From the sequence record SRR20825010_1901: a DNA stretch of 58,977 nucleotides. One strand, 5' to 3'. The notes under the pieces are model-generated. The model saw only the letters and a list, made by a program, of their open reading frames with translations, was not told the origin of the DNA and searched no databases. Of the stretch, positions 30,338-38,667 are shown one piece after another; within the stretch, counting starts at the first letter, position 1; each line of letters opens with the position of its first letter. Both the position numbers and the translations under genes were made by a program.

Positions 30338-32809
30338 ATGAAGAACCTAGAGCGCCTGATAGGGCTGGGTTTGCTGACCGCGGCGTTGCTCGCCTGTGGC
30401 GGTGGCAGCAGTTCTGGCAGCGCGAGCCCTACCGCAAACACGGGTGGTGGTGGCTCGCCTTCCCCAGATGAAGAGACACCCAGTGCAGATGATCCTATGG
30501 CTCCGGCTCCAGCGCCTACGAGGGCATCTTTCGCTGGCCGCGAATATAGCTGTGAGGGTGATGAGTGCCAGTTAGGCAAGTTTGATGGCCCGTTTGCTGA
30601 ACCGACCATTCGCTACAGCGATTCCAGTACTGGCGAGAATTTGAAGGTGGTTACCACCGAGGATAAATGCCTGGAAGACGCGGAAGGTTCGTTGCGCTGC
30701 AAGCCTGCCGCCGGGTCCATCGCCTTGTTACCGGATAACCGTTTGGTTTATTTCAATGCTCTGGAAGGTACAGAGAACGTTGAATTCTCTATCGTTGCAG
30801 AATTTGGTTTCGTCGCGGTTAATGATCAAACGCGAGTACTCAATTTCGGCCCCGCCGGTGCCAACGATGAAATCTCCTGGCAACGGCCCTCGCCTGTACG
30901 TGGTGGTGCCAATGTGGACGGAAACGACAGTGATACGTTGTTGCCGGGCGGTGAATTGAGCGACGCGGAGAGCACAGAAGGCAATGACGGCGCTCTATTC
31001 TGTGCCGATGTTATCCAGCTGGCGGATGGTCGAATCATGGCAGTGGGCGGCACGGATTATTACACTGAACCATCGCTTGGGTCGGTCTTTCCCCAAGCCC
31101 GAGATGTGCTGGGCTCCATTGATACCGAAATTCCTTTGCCCAGTAATTTCGGTGAAATCAGCGTGCCCGACGATATTGGCGTCGTGGAGCTGGAAGGCCT
31201 CAAAGACGCTCGTATTTTCAATCCCGAGGATAACAGCTGGACCCAGACCGGTCACATGAACCATGGCCGCTGGTACCCCAGCATGGTGACCTTGCCCGAT
31301 GGCGATGTTTTCGTGGCAAGCGGGGTGACCAAGCTACTCAAGCCAGTTTATACCGGTGCTTTGCTGGGTGGAGAAAGCGAAGGGCTACGTGAATTGCTGC
31401 AGTCTGCCGATAATGTGCGCACCAGCGAAACCTATGATCTGGAAGCGGGGACCTGGTCCGAGAATGGGGACCGGCCGCTTGAGGGACTGGACAGCACCGC
31501 GGGTAAAGCGTTGCCGTTGTATCCCCGCCTGCATCTACTGCCTAACGGCAAGGTGTTCTATAACGCTGCCGGGCAGGCTTTTAATCCTTTTGGCCAGTCA
31601 TACAATCAGGCCCAGTGGAACTTCGTATCGGTTTATGATCCGCAAGAGCAGCTCTGGACTGATCTTGGCTACGCGGGCTTGAATGTGCAGCTCGATGAAC
31701 TCGGTCTGGAGCGCATTACCTCTGCACTGACTCTTACCAGCCCGAATCTGGTAGAGGACTTAATCGGGACAGGAGAGGGGCTGCTCACCAACTTGCTGGG
31801 TGACCCGCTTAGCAGTCTGGAGCAGGTCGAGAACCTGCTTGGCGATATTGCGGACCCGCAGGTGGCCAACCGTTTAATCGGCGCAGGTTTCCGTGGTTCA
31901 AGCTTCTCTATCATGATGCCGCTGCGCCAGGATGAAAGCGGCGCCTACAGCGAAGCACAATTCCTGACTGCCGGTGGCGTGCTCGGCGCAGTAGCCGCCT
32001 CCAGCCCGGGCAGTTACCTGGCCGTCCCCAATAGCCGTCTGGACACCGTGAATGTGGATGCCGATACCGAAACAGGAATGCGTTACTCCTCAGAGATTGT
32101 TGGTAATCTGAATGGTCCACGCTGGTTTTCCACCGGGGTATTGCTGCCTGATGGTTCGGTGATGGCATTTAACGGCGCCAACAGGGATGAGGTCGTGCTA
32201 CCGGGGTCGGCGACGCCTGTACAAACCACCGAGCGGTATGATCCGCAAACCCGCGAGTGGACGGAAATGGCGACCTCATTGAATCCCCGAACCTATCACA
32301 ATACCGCGTTACTGCTCCCTGATGGCCGTCTGTTGATCGGTGGGCACGCGCCAATTAACACCGCTTACTTATTCAGCCTTAACCTGGAAGAGCTGGGGCT
32401 GTCTCCGAATGATGGCCGTGATCCGTCCTTCGAAATATATAGCCCGCCGTATGTGTTCAAGGATCGCCCCGAAATCCAGCAGGCCCCTAGTGAAGTGGAT
32501 CATGGTGACTCCATCGACATCGCCGTGGATGATGCGGCTGCAATCAATGAAGTGATGTTGGTGCGCCGTACCAGTCTGACGCATCTGGTTGATGGGGATC
32601 AGCGCAACGTGGTGCTCCCGCATACCGTTAGTGGCGGCAATGTGAGCGTACAAATTCCGGAAAATGCTGCGGTACTTCCGGCTGGTCATTACATGTTGTT
32701 TGTTAACCGTATCGCCAGCGATGGCTCCAACATGGTGGTGCCGTCCGTCTCTGCGCCGGTACAGGTGATGTTGCCTGAGGAAAGCCCGGGTTTGATGGCT
32801 CAACGCTAA
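30338..32809 (+). CDS. Lipoprotein copper-radical oxidase (galactose/glyoxal oxidase-like, kelch propeller plus C-terminal DUF1929/Ig domain)
   Basis: Lipobox LLA-C; LFCAD, GRWYPS, PRTYHN, LTHL ligand motifs; repeated LPDG kelch turns; FEIYSPPY...PAGHYMLF. Confidence 0.85.
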   Translation: MKNLERLIGLGLLTAALLACGGGSSSGSASPTANTGGGGSPSPDEETPSADDPMAPAPAPTRASFAGREYSCEGDECQLGKFDGPFAEPTIRYSDSSTGENLKVVTTEDKCLEDAEGSLRCKPAAGSIALLPDNRLVYFNALEGTENVEFSIVAEFGFVAVNDQTRVLNFGPAGANDEISWQRPSPVRGGANVDGNDSDTLLPGGELSDAESTEGNDGALFCADVIQLADGRIMAVGGTDYYTEPSLGSVFPQARDVLGSIDTEIPLPSNFGEISVPDDIGVVELEGLKDARIFNPEDNSWTQTGHMNHGRWYPSMVTLPDGDVFVASGVTKLLKPVYTGALLGGESEGLRELLQSADNVRTSETYDLEAGTWSENGDRPLEGLDSTAGKALPLYPRLHLLPNGKVFYNAAGQAFNPFGQSYNQAQWNFVSVYDPQEQLWTDLGYAGLNVQLDELGLERITSALTLTSPNLVEDLIGTGEGLLTNLLGDPLSSLEQVENLLGDIADPQVANRLIGAGFRGSSFSIMMPLRQDESGAYSEAQFLTAGGVLGAVAASSPGSYLAVPNSRLDTVNVDADTETGMRYSSEIVGNLNGPRWFSTGVLLPDGSVMAFNGANRDEVVLPGSATPVQTTERYDPQTREWTEMATSLNPRTYHNTALLLPDGRLLIGGHAPINTAYLFSLNLEELGLSPNDGRDPSFEIYSPPYVFKDRPEIQQAPSEVDHGDSIDIAVDDAAAINEVMLVRRTSLTHLVDGDQRNVVLPHTVSGGNVSVQIPENAAVLPAGHYMLFVNRIASDGSNMVVPSVSAPVQVMLPEESPGLMAQR

Positions 32810-32821
32810 GGAGTGATGAGG

Positions 32822-33808
32822 ATGTCTTTATTTTCGTTTAATCCTTCGCGTGCGTTGGCCCGCTCGCTAGGCGCTGTGCTGGTGACGGTTCCGGCTTTGC
32901 TTCTGGCTCATGGGCCGGAGGCGAAGGCGGTCAAAGCACGTATGGATTCGCTGCCGGCTACGCTGAAAGGTATCAATGCTCAGGTGCAGACCACGGTGGC
33001 GCCACAGATTGTGGTTGCCAACGACAGTGCCCACACGCTGGACATTCTTGATGCACAAGGGAGAAGCTTCCTGCGAATCAACCAGCAGGGGGTGCAGGCG
33101 GATCTGGCCAGCCCTGCCTGGTACCGTAGCCAGACTGCCGCCCGTGGCGTGCCGCTTCCGAAAGGGGTGGCACAGGATGCAGAGCCACGCTGGGCGCTGG
33201 TGCACAAGAAACCCCACTGGGGCTGGTTTGATCCCAGGCTGCGCACCGACGACATCAAGGTGCCCCACCAGGTAGAGCATGACGGCAAGCCCGCGCGGTT
33301 GGCTGAATGGTCGGTGCCGGTGCGGTTTGATGGCGAGGCGTCAGCGCTGGCAGGTGCTTTTCGTTATGAACCCTTGCCGCCAGGCTCCTTTCATTCGCGT
33401 CTGACCTCGGATGCTACCCCCGTTGCCGGGGTTACCGTAGGCCTCTCTCCCGGTACCGTGCCGGCGGTGCACATCCACAATCAGAGCGGCAAGCCGGTGG
33501 TGGTGGCTGATGCCCAGGGAATGCCCCATTTACGTATTGGCCCTGGCGGCAGTTTCATGAACACGAACCGGAGTAATGGAGAGCCCCGGTGGGTGAAAGT
33601 GGCTGGCGGTTCACGCTACACCTGGACAGAACCTCGGGCGACCTTCGGGGCGCTACGAGCGCCGGCAGACGTGATTGAAGCGGGACAGCGTGCCCGAGTG
33701 GCAAGCTGGTCGTTACCGATCACGGTGGACGGCAAACCAGTGGCTGTAAAAGGCGTGGTGGACTGGTTGCCCGGAGAGCAAATCGCTGCCAGTGGCGGGC
33801 ATCACTGA
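32822..33808 (+). CDS. Secreted hypothetical protein with two tandem homologous domains
   Basis: Signal peptide ending LLLA-H; DAQG.., EPRW and W-S-[VL]-P..DG motifs each occur twice; AAGGAG RBS overlaps the upstream stop. Confidence 0.72.
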   Translation: MSLFSFNPSRALARSLGAVLVTVPALLLAHGPEAKAVKARMDSLPATLKGINAQVQTTVAPQIVVANDSAHTLDILDAQGRSFLRINQQGVQADLASPAWYRSQTAARGVPLPKGVAQDAEPRWALVHKKPHWGWFDPRLRTDDIKVPHQVEHDGKPARLAEWSVPVRFDGEASALAGAFRYEPLPPGSFHSRLTSDATPVAGVTVGLSPGTVPAVHIHNQSGKPVVVADAQGMPHLRIGPGGSFMNTNRSNGEPRWVKVAGGSRYTWTEPRATFGALRAPADVIEAGQRARVASWSLPITVDGKPVAVKGVVDWLPGEQIAASGGHH

Positions 33809-33991
33809 CTTTATCGATCGGGGGTGGCCCGCTGTTTTGGTCGGGCAGGCCCCCGGATCGGTAGATACAGTCCAATCACAGCAAATCAGCTAAACCCATT
33901 AGGCAGAGCTGCAGGTGCAGCTCTGCGGCACCGATGGCACTAGCGGTGTATCCCCGTTATCCTTGCCGGCCGGATTCAGGCTGGTGGTTTC

Positions 33992-35197
33992 ATGTCAGAT
34001 AAAGCAGGGGCAGGCACAACCCAGGTAGATGTGGTGGTTATCGGTGCCGGCGCAGCCGGGCTGATGTGTGCGGCCACGGCGGCCTACCAGGGCCATCGGG
34101 TGCTGGTGCTGGACCATGCCAACAAGGCCGGCAAGAAGATTCTCATGTCCGGTGGCGGACGTTGCAATTTCACCAACCTGAATACCACACCGGAGCATTT
34201 TGTCTCCGCCAACCCGCATTTCTGCAAATCGGCTCTCAAGCGTTATACCCCTTGGCATTTCGTGGAGCTGGTGGAGCGTCACGGTATCGAGCACGTGGAA
34301 AAAGCGCCCGGGCAGCTGTTCTGCGCGGATTCGGCCAAAGACATTCTCGGCATGCTGCTGACGGAATGTGAGTGGGCCGGAGCCGAGATCCGCCTGAAGA
34401 CCGGTATTCGACGCGTCAGACAAACAGAGTCGGGCTTTTCGCTGAGTACCAGTGCGGGGACCGTCCAGTGTGGGAAGCTGGTGGTGGCCTGCGGCGGCTT
34501 GTCGATTCCCACCATGGGGGCTACCGGTTTTGGCTACCAACTGGCGGAACAATTCGGGTTAAACGTTCTGCCTACCCGTGCCGGCCTGGTGCCGTTTACC
34601 CTGCAGCCTGATGACAAGGCCTGGCTGGCAGCCCTGTCAGGTATCAGCACGGACGTGGTGGCGCAAACCTCAGCGGCGTCCTTCGCCGAGCCCATGTTGA
34701 TAACCCATCGTGGCCTGTCTGGACCTGCCATGTTGCAGGTTTCCAGCTTCTGGACGCCGGGCCAGCCGGTGACTGTGGACTGGCTGCCCCAGGTGGCGGA
34801 TCCGTTCGAGCAACTGGTGGAGGAGCGCCGGGCACACCCCAACCGTGGCCTGGAACGATGGTTGCGCCAGTACTTCTCTCAGCGGCTGGCGGCTGCGCTG
34901 GCCGAGCAATTCGGCTGGCAAGGCAATCTCCAGCAGTTCAGCAATGAACGACTGGCCAGTGTTGCCGCGACGTTGAAAGGCTGGGCGTTCAAACCCTCTG
35001 GCACAGAAGGCTATCGCACCGCGGAAGTGACCCTGGGCGGGGTGGACACCGATGCGATTTCCTCAAAAACCTTTGAAGTCAAAACCGTACCGGGCCTGCA
35101 TTTCATTGGCGAAGTGCTGGATGTAACCGGGCAGCTGGGGGGCTTTAATTTCCAGTGGGCCTGGGCCAATGGCTGGTGTACGGGGCTGGCGCTGTAA
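33992..35197 (+). CDS. BaiN/YhiN (HI0933) family flavoprotein oxidoreductase
   Basis: VIGAGAAG, GKKILMSGGGRCNFTN, THRGLSGPA, AEVTLGGVD, GEVLDVTGQLGGFNFQWAW. Confidence 0.94.
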   Translation: MSDKAGAGTTQVDVVVIGAGAAGLMCAATAAYQGHRVLVLDHANKAGKKILMSGGGRCNFTNLNTTPEHFVSANPHFCKSALKRYTPWHFVELVERHGIEHVEKAPGQLFCADSAKDILGMLLTECEWAGAEIRLKTGIRRVRQTESGFSLSTSAGTVQCGKLVVACGGLSIPTMGATGFGYQLAEQFGLNVLPTRAGLVPFTLQPDDKAWLAALSGISTDVVAQTSAASFAEPMLITHRGLSGPAMLQVSSFWTPGQPVTVDWLPQVADPFEQLVEERRAHPNRGLERWLRQYFSQRLAAALAEQFGWQGNLQQFSNERLASVAATLKGWAFKPSGTEGYRTAEVTLGGVDTDAISSKTFEVKTVPGLHFIGEVLDVTGQLGGFNFQWAWANGWCTGLAL

Positions 35198-35304
35198 ATC
35201 GCTGCCTTGTGGACGATTGGATGAAGTGAACGGCATCCTGAAACGCTTGCCCCTCTGATACCCCCTTTTTATGATGAAGGTTAATAAGTGCGCGGGCAGG
35301 TGGG

Positions 35305-37023
35305 GTGGTGGTGAGTGACACGGATAATGATGAGCTAATCGGGCAGATTTACGAAACCGCGCTTTCCCCCGGCGACTGGGTGGATCTGGTCGATACCATT
35401 ACCAGCTGGACAGATATTCCCTCAGGCCCTCCGTCGGACTTGGTGAGCACCGATATCGATAGCCGCAGAACCCCAGCGGAAGTCGAAGTGCTGATCAATC
35501 ATCTTGATCGTGCCGTACGTAGCAGTGCGTACATGCATGCGCTTGAGGATCGCACCCGTATCCTCAACGACATGTATAACCAGATGCCCTGGCCCATGCT
35601 GATGCTCGATGAGCGGATGGGGGTGCTCGAATGCAATCCGGTAGCGGAACAGGTGTTGTCCTGTGGGCCAGTGGAAATCCTGCCGGATCGCTCCTTGCAG
35701 TTCAGTGACCGGGAGCTGCGCCAGTCGTTGAAGCGTGTGATTTCACTGGAAACGGGGCGGGAAACACAGCTTCTCAACTCCCAGCAAGACTCGGTTTCCT
35801 TACTCTGCCTGCCAGTGAAAAAATCCGATGCGCCGGGCAGTATTTCTCAGGTACGAACCATCGTCTGGGTATTGGCCGGACAGAGCATGGTGACACCCTC
35901 GCCGGAGATGCTTCGGTCCGTCTTTCACATTACCCATGCAGAATCTCGTTTGCTGCACCTGCTTTGCAAAGTCGGCAATCTGAACCAGAGTGCCGAGCTA
36001 CTCAATATCAGCGTGCACACGGCGCGTACTCAGCTCAAGTCCACCATGAGTAAACTCAACGCCAGCAGCCAAGTGCAATTGGTTAGCCAGGCCATGGGGC
36101 ATGCCCTGGTGCAAGCCGCCCGGTTGCCGCAGGTGCAGGCTGAACGTGAATTTACATTGACGCTGCCCGACGGCCGGGTACTCAGCTGGTACGAGTATGG
36201 CGATCCGAATGGGCGCCCGGTGCTGACGCTGGATAACCTGGGCGCTGCGGTGCCCGATCATACGTTTTTTGATGGCTGGTACCGGGAAAAAGGCTTACGC
36301 ATGATCATGATCGTGCGCCCGGGATATGGCATTTCTACCTACAAGAAAAATTTTGAATTCCGGGATTTTGGTGACGACATCCAGGCCCTCTGTCAGCACC
36401 TGAAAATCCAGCGCCCACCGATGGCCGCGTATTGTGGTGGTGGCCCCTATGCCCTGTGCGCAGCCGCCACGCATCCGGATCTTTTTGAGCGATTGGGCAT
36501 TCTTGCCAGCACTGTCCCCATCGAGCATTTCGAACTGGATAAACTGGACCGTTTACACAAGATGTTCCTCCGGCTTTTTCGTCGTGATCCACGTCTCTTT
36601 GTGTTGATGGGGCGGCTCGGGTTACGTGGTGTGCAGCACGCCCCGGAAAAATATTTTGCCAAGCTCGCCAAGTCGCTCTGTCAGCACGACCAGGAAGTTC
36701 TTGGCAATCCGGATTTACTGGGTCGGTTAATCAAGTGTATGCGGCGGAGCCATTTTCAGGGGGCAAAAATTCTTATCGATGAATACCTGCGCCTGCAGTT
36801 TCCCTGGAAGGTGGATCTGGGTGATATCGCCATTCCGGTGATGCATTGGCATGGTGAAGACGACCGTATTATCTCTATCGGCAGTGCTCGTGGTTTGGCG
36901 TCTGATATTCCCGGTGTGGCATTCCGCAGCTTTGCAGGATTGGGGCGTTTTATGATTTATGCGGTTTGGGAGGACTTCCTCAGCGAATTACTTGAATTGC
37001 CGGCGAACACACAGAGCGGCTGA
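35305..37023 (+). CDS. PAS-like plus LuxR-type HTH plus alpha/beta-hydrolase-fold fusion regulator
   Basis: FHITHAESRL...SAELLNISVHTARTQLKSTMSKL..SQVQLV HTH; LPDGRVLSWYEYGDPNG, RPGYGIS, WHGEDD hydrolase fold; start uncertain. Confidence 0.85.
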   Translation: MVVSDTDNDELIGQIYETALSPGDWVDLVDTITSWTDIPSGPPSDLVSTDIDSRRTPAEVEVLINHLDRAVRSSAYMHALEDRTRILNDMYNQMPWPMLMLDERMGVLECNPVAEQVLSCGPVEILPDRSLQFSDRELRQSLKRVISLETGRETQLLNSQQDSVSLLCLPVKKSDAPGSISQVRTIVWVLAGQSMVTPSPEMLRSVFHITHAESRLLHLLCKVGNLNQSAELLNISVHTARTQLKSTMSKLNASSQVQLVSQAMGHALVQAARLPQVQAEREFTLTLPDGRVLSWYEYGDPNGRPVLTLDNLGAAVPDHTFFDGWYREKGLRMIMIVRPGYGISTYKKNFEFRDFGDDIQALCQHLKIQRPPMAAYCGGGPYALCAAATHPDLFERLGILASTVPIEHFELDKLDRLHKMFLRLFRRDPRLFVLMGRLGLRGVQHAPEKYFAKLAKSLCQHDQEVLGNPDLLGRLIKCMRRSHFQGAKILIDEYLRLQFPWKVDLGDIAIPVMHWHGEDDRIISIGSARGLASDIPGVAFRSFAGLGRFMIYAVWEDFLSELLELPANTQSG

Positions 37024-37050
37024 CCGTCTGCTGGGGGAGGAGGCAAATGC

Positions 37051-37467
37051 TCAGACAATACCCGGGAATTTTGCCTTGAAGTCCTCGGGCACCGGCATCA
37101 CGCCGTGGTTGCGGTGGTCAAAGAAAACGAAGCCCTGTTTGGCTAGCACCACCAGTTGCCCGCTGGGTTGTTTGGTCACCCGGAAAATCAGGTCCGCCCC
37201 GTATTTGTTGAAATCCATCAGCCCCACTTCAAACTGCAAGTCGTCCTGCGCAAAGCTTTCAGCACGATAGCTGGCTACCAGATCGGTCACCACGATACGT
37301 TCCTGACTGTAATCAATATCACAGAAAAACCGGTAGCGGGCCTCGGAAAGTAGCGAAATCATCTGATCATTGCCCACATGTTTGCCGGTATTCAGGTCGG
37401 TCATGCGCACGTTGATGGTGTGGGTGTAAAGAAACTGTTCAGGCAAATCCAGCGTAACGCGCGCCAT
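37051..37467 (-). CDS. Thioesterase (hot-dog fold, 4HBT-like)
   Basis: VRMTDLNTGKHVGND..SEARYRF, VVLAKQGFVFFD. Confidence 0.85.
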   Translation of the reverse strand: MARVTLDLPEQFLYTHTINVRMTDLNTGKHVGNDQMISLLSEARYRFFCDIDYSQERIVVTDLVASYRAESFAQDDLQFEVGLMDFNKYGADLIFRVTKQPSGQLVVLAKQGFVFFDHRNHGVMPVPEDFKAKFPGIV

Positions 37468-37669
37468 GGGAGGCTCCGGTGGGGGGCAAGCGGTTATTTT
37501 AGCAAGTGCCAATGCCGCATGTGAAATGGCATTTCAATAAGTGGGCTTGCGGTGCCCAGGTGCGGGGCCGGTTGCTGGCGGGCTGCAGGCGAATTGGCCC
37601 AACGGGAGCGTGCTACGGTTCTGGCTACGGCGAACAATAGTGCTGACATTCATAACTCAAGGACGATTC

Positions 37670-38578
37670 ATGGCTAAATCCAGCTGGCGCCCAGCGCATA
37701 TTCCTGACCTCACCGGAAAGACCATACTGGTCACCGGTGCCAACAGCGGTATTGGCCTGGAAGCGGTGAAATTATTTGCCGCCAACGGTGCAGAGGTGAT
37801 CATGGCATGCCGTAACACGGCCAAGGCGCAAGCAGCCGTGGAGCAGGTCAGGGGGCTGACACCGAATGCCAGCTTGATTGTTATGCCGCTGGATCTGGCC
37901 GATCTGGCATCGATAACGGCGTTTGTTGTGGCACTGAAAGAGCGTATCAGCAAGCTGGATGTTCTGCTCAACAATGCGGGCTTGATGGCGCCCCCGCTAC
38001 AGCGCACCAGGGATGGTTTTGAAATACAGTTCGGTACCAATCATCTCGGCCACTTTGCGCTTACCGGCCCCTTGCTGGATCTGCTGGAAGCGGCGCCGGC
38101 TCCGCGCATCGTGCAGATCTCCAGCCTGGCGCACCGTAGCGGCAAGATCATGTGGGGAAATCTCAATGCCGAGAAGCGTTATTCGCGCTGGCCGTTCTAT
38201 TGCCAGAGCAAGCTGGCTAACCTGATTTTCGCCAAAGATCTGCACCGCCGTTTACGCAAACGTGGTTCAAACATCCAGGTGATGGCTGCCCACCCTGGTT
38301 ACTCGGCGACCCATCTGCAGGACACCATTCCAGCTGGAGGGTTGTTCAACATGGTGATGGCCCAGCCGGCAGAGATGGGCTGCCTGCCGGGGGTGATGGC
38401 CGCGACCAGCGATGATGTAGTCTCTGGGGGATATTACGGCCCGGATGGGAAAATCCTGGAACTGCGAGGTTACCCGGCGCCGGCCTTTGCGCGCAAAATC
38501 ACGAATAATGAAACGCTTGCGCAACGATTATGGGAGGAATCCGAACGCCTCACCGGTGTTCGCTACCTGAATGCATAA
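37670..38578 (+). CDS. Short-chain dehydrogenase/reductase (retinol-DH/WWOX-like)
   Basis: VTGANSGIG, LLNNAG, QFGTNHLGHF, YCQSK, AAHPG. Confidence 0.93.
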   Translation: MAKSSWRPAHIPDLTGKTILVTGANSGIGLEAVKLFAANGAEVIMACRNTAKAQAAVEQVRGLTPNASLIVMPLDLADLASITAFVVALKERISKLDVLLNNAGLMAPPLQRTRDGFEIQFGTNHLGHFALTGPLLDLLEAAPAPRIVQISSLAHRSGKIMWGNLNAEKRYSRWPFYCQSKLANLIFAKDLHRRLRKRGSNIQVMAAHPGYSATHLQDTIPAGGLFNMVMAQPAEMGCLPGVMAATSDDVVSGGYYGPDGKILELRGYPAPAFARKITNNETLAQRLWEESERLTGVRYLNA

Positions 38579-38667
38579 GTGCATTGAACAGGAAGTAACA
38601 TAAGCCGTTATTATTGAAAGGTACGCCAGCAGGCGGGTGGCCAATGGTCTTTGAAAGGGGATAAAAC

